A stretch of DNA of 32,000 nt. It comes from an uncultured Lentisphaeria bacterium (lineage in GTDB: Bacteria > Verrucomicrobiota > Lentisphaeria > JABSQK01 > JAJFLO01). Position 1 is the first letter of the stretch. Every line of letters begins with the position of its first letter. This document shows, piece by piece, positions 29,681 to 32,000 of this stretch. Position numbers and translations under genes: made by a program. Under the pieces are notes generated by a model. That model made no database searches. It was given only the letters and a program-made list of their open reading frames with translations, and was not told the origin of the DNA. The stretch covers positions 690,001-722,000 of the forward strand of contig OX638337.1 of NCBI GenBank assembly GCA_951812855.1, read 5' to 3'.

Positions 29681-30604
29681 ATGGACAACAAAACAACTAC
29701 TCGTCGATTTATTTTAGAGAAAGACAAACATCCTGATCTTCCGCTTATGATGCTGATCACGCTGGATACACTGCGTGCGTTGGGCGGTTCAGGTACGATC
29801 CAAGAGTTGGTCGATCACGCGATCGAAGCCGAGGGTGTCACGGAAGAAGAGCAAGCCTACCTCCTGCCGAATGGTCGGGATCGGTGCTTCAATTCCTATC
29901 TGGCGTGGTCACGTACATACCTCAAACGCGGTGGTGCACTGGAAAATTCGGCACGCGGCGTTTGGGCACTGACCGAACGGGGCGAAGGCATTACCAAGCT
30001 TGAAGAGACGCAGAAAATCTATGCGACGGGCTATCAGGAAAAACGCCAACGTGCCAAGGCAAAGCGTGATGCTAAGAAAAGCGAAAAAATAGAGGCGATG
30101 TCCGAGGACATTTCTGTAGACGTTTTCGCACCAGATGGGAATGAGAAGGTCTGGAAAAACATCTTGTTGGCACAGCTTATGGAGATGGACTCATCCGCAT
30201 TTGAAAGGCTGGCACAACGACTGTTACGTGAGGCCGGTTTTGTCAAAGTTAAGGTTCTAGGACAAACCGGAGACGGCGGCTTGGATGGTGTCGGGATTCT
30301 GCGTGTAAACCTGATCTCTTTCCGAGTCTATTTTCAGTGTAAGCGTTGGGCCAACAGCGTTGGCTCAAAAGAGATTAGGGACTTCCGTGGTGCACTGCAG
30401 GGTCGGGCAGACAAGGGACTATTCATTACCACAAGTAATTTTACCAAGCAGGCGTCTGACGAAGCGACTCGAGATGGTGCGATCGCTATCGATCTTATCG
30501 ATGGCGAACGGCTATGCGAGTTGCTGAAACAATTTGACCTCGGCGTTAAAACAGAGACCGTCGAGCGTATTGTTATCGATGACCAGTGGTTGCAGGAAGT
30601 TTGA
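29681..30604 (+). CDS. mrr: Mrr-like type IV (modification-dependent) restriction endonuclease
   Basis: N-terminal winged-helix Mrr_N-like region (LDTLRALGGSGTIQELVDHA...YLAWSRTYLKRGGALENSARGVWALTERG). C-terminal Mrr catalytic core FERLAQRLLREAGF..V.V.G.TGDGGLDG...YFQCKRW...VGSKEIRDFRGAL.G.ADKGLFITTSNFTKQA. GC about 56% in a 100-nt spot count. Confidence 0.85.
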   Translation: MDNKTTTRRFILEKDKHPDLPLMMLITLDTLRALGGSGTIQELVDHAIEAEGVTEEEQAYLLPNGRDRCFNSYLAWSRTYLKRGGALENSARGVWALTERGEGITKLEETQKIYATGYQEKRQRAKAKRDAKKSEKIEAMSEDISVDVFAPDGNEKVWKNILLAQLMEMDSSAFERLAQRLLREAGFVKVKVLGQTGDGGLDGVGILRVNLISFRVYFQCKRWANSVGSKEIRDFRGALQGRADKGLFITTSNFTKQASDEATRDGAIAIDLIDGERLCELLKQFDLGVKTETVERIVIDDQWLQEV

Positions 30605-31018
30605 TTTGAAAGATTGATTGCATGAAGAAAAATGCTCTCTCTGTCTCCATCACCTACGCCCAAAACAGCAGTTCCTTATCTATCATTTAAAACTAATGTT
30701 AGAAATCGCCGGATTTAGGTAAAGTTAACCGAACTGTTTAAAATCAGGAATAGATTATGAGTAAGAAAACTAAGATTTTGTTTGACGATTTCCTCTGTCC
30801 TTGCCTTACCGCTGCCCGCCGGATTCATCTTGAATCTGATGCCAGGTATGTGCTAAAACTCCCTATTCAAACGCAATGAGCTAAATTAGAATTTGAATTG
30901 CCGAGATTTTCTGCCTGATTTCAATGATTTGATATCTCAAGACTTTGGTATTTGGTAAAACAAATACTATTATTTCATCTTGTAAATATGATTTTGAATT
31001 TAATTGAAGGATTAAACA

Positions 31019-31738
31019 TTGTATACCGCGGCACTGGATACCTCTGGACAATACGCATCATTTTCCATTGAAAACACGAATAGTAAAGAGCTGATTTGCG
31101 AAAATCATGTAATTCGAATGGGCAAAGAGTCGTCAAATCTGGCTTCCTCGCTTAGTGATATGTTATCGGAAAATGGAATTTCTGTTAGTCAAATTAAAAC
31201 ATGGATTGTCGGATTAGGACCGGGCAGCTATACTGGACTTAGAATTGGTATCGCTTATCTGAAAGGAATATGTTTGGCAAACGGCTCGCAGTTAAAAGGG
31301 TATCCCAGCAGTTTGGCAATGGCAATGGCAGTAGACAGTAAAAACAGCGATCGAATCGGTGTCTTGCATGATGGTCGGCGTCAATCACTGGTTGTGAGTA
31401 CTTATTTGAATAAGAATAATATATTGCGACCTTTGTCTTTTCCTAAAATAGTTGATGTTTCAGAAATATTCAGAGAGGAAATAGATCAATTTGTTATCTT
31501 AAAAAATGATTTTTCACTTTTAACAGCGATTGACCAACGGATTTCTGTCGCTGGTATTGATCATATTGACAGCACAAAATTGTTGACTGTTGAAACGTTG
31601 AATCGTGCGTCGGACGGTTCAGTCATTGATGAAAGTCTGGAACCTGTTTATGTCAGACCCCCTGTATTCGTAAAACCAAATAAGGTTATAACTGGTAAAT
31701 CAGATTCTTATTCAAGGATAGATCATGGAGTTAACTGA
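31019..31738 (+). CDS. tsaB: tRNA threonylcarbamoyladenosine (t6A) biosynthesis protein TsaB
   Basis: TTG start. ALDTSG near the N-terminus and the family motif VGLGPGSYTGLRIGIA. 239 aa. Confidence 0.85.
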   Translation: MYTAALDTSGQYASFSIENTNSKELICENHVIRMGKESSNLASSLSDMLSENGISVSQIKTWIVGLGPGSYTGLRIGIAYLKGICLANGSQLKGYPSSLAMAMAVDSKNSDRIGVLHDGRRQSLVVSTYLNKNNILRPLSFPKIVDVSEIFREEIDQFVILKNDFSLLTAIDQRISVAGIDHIDSTKLLTVETLNRASDGSVIDESLEPVYVRPPVFVKPNKVITGKSDSYSRIDHGVN

Positions 31739-32000
31739 AAAAAAATCAAACCAAATTTACTGAGTTGACTGGACATTCTGTTCCGATTTATTTGCTTAGA
31801 GCTCTAACCAGTTTAAAAGGGGATTTAGGCGAAGCATATGTTCTTACCGGTGGCAATTCTATTTTATTATGCTCCGGAAATATTGGAGAAGCGATAACTA
31901 TTCTAAGTATGGATTCGACGAAATAACCTTGGTCAGCCTGGAAACTGACAGGCCGTTTACGTATTTAAATATACGTTTGTCAGATCAGGATTATCGATTG

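Noticed and set aside
30757-30879. 40-aa ORF (MSKKTKILFDDFLCPCLTAARRIHLESDARYVLKLPIQTQ) between mrr and tsaB
   Set aside because: No recognisable motif or coupling signal. It cannot be distinguished from a random ORF.
1-32000. CRISPR arrays, tRNA, rRNA, tmRNA and integrase/att sites flanking the two GC-rich islets
   Set aside because: I scanned all spacers longer than 100 bp by eye. I found no regularly spaced repeats, no cloverleaf-capable sequence, no integrase gene and no convincing direct repeats at the islet borders.

Overview
Densely coding bacterial chromosomal window with low GC (about 38% in my own 100-nt spot counts). All calls come from reading the supplied translations and the DNA; no database search was possible.

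Core content:
- the 3' part of ftsZ, then gmd and a small thioredoxin-like [2Fe-2S] protein
- nadK and an M42 peptidase
- a 12.7-kb block of respiratory genes, all on the minus strand: alternative complex III actA-B-C-D-E, then a membrane-anchored 4-Cys miniprotein (NqrM-like), then Na+-NQR nqrA-B-C-D-E-F
- recJ-rnc, a long eukaryote-like folA, leuS, an SDR sugar epimerase/dehydratase, murB and tsaB

Accessory or decayed content:
- two single-gene islets with clearly higher GC, each encoding a restriction-type nuclease and neither with a methyltransferase in the window. One is a PLD-superfamily NgoFVII/BfiI-like enzyme (19831-20796, about 51% GC). The other is Mrr-like (29681-30604, about 56% GC).
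- an internally deleted IS3/IS407-like remnant
- an eroded IS5-family transposase remnant lying 17 nt from the PLD nuclease
- a possible solo IS end
- a receiver-domain ORF lacking its phospho-acceptor segment
- a truncated DUF3108 gene

The clearest sequence-level anomaly is a perfect 2 x 159 bp tandem duplication at the 5' end of actB. It duplicates the N-terminal 53 codons, including the Tat-like motif, and creates a new in-frame ATG at the junction.

I found no rRNA, tRNA or CRISPR array. I could not support any multi-gene novel system. The best candidates for follow-up are the orphan PLD nuclease islet, the actB signal duplication and the ACIII-NqrM-like-NQR gene block.
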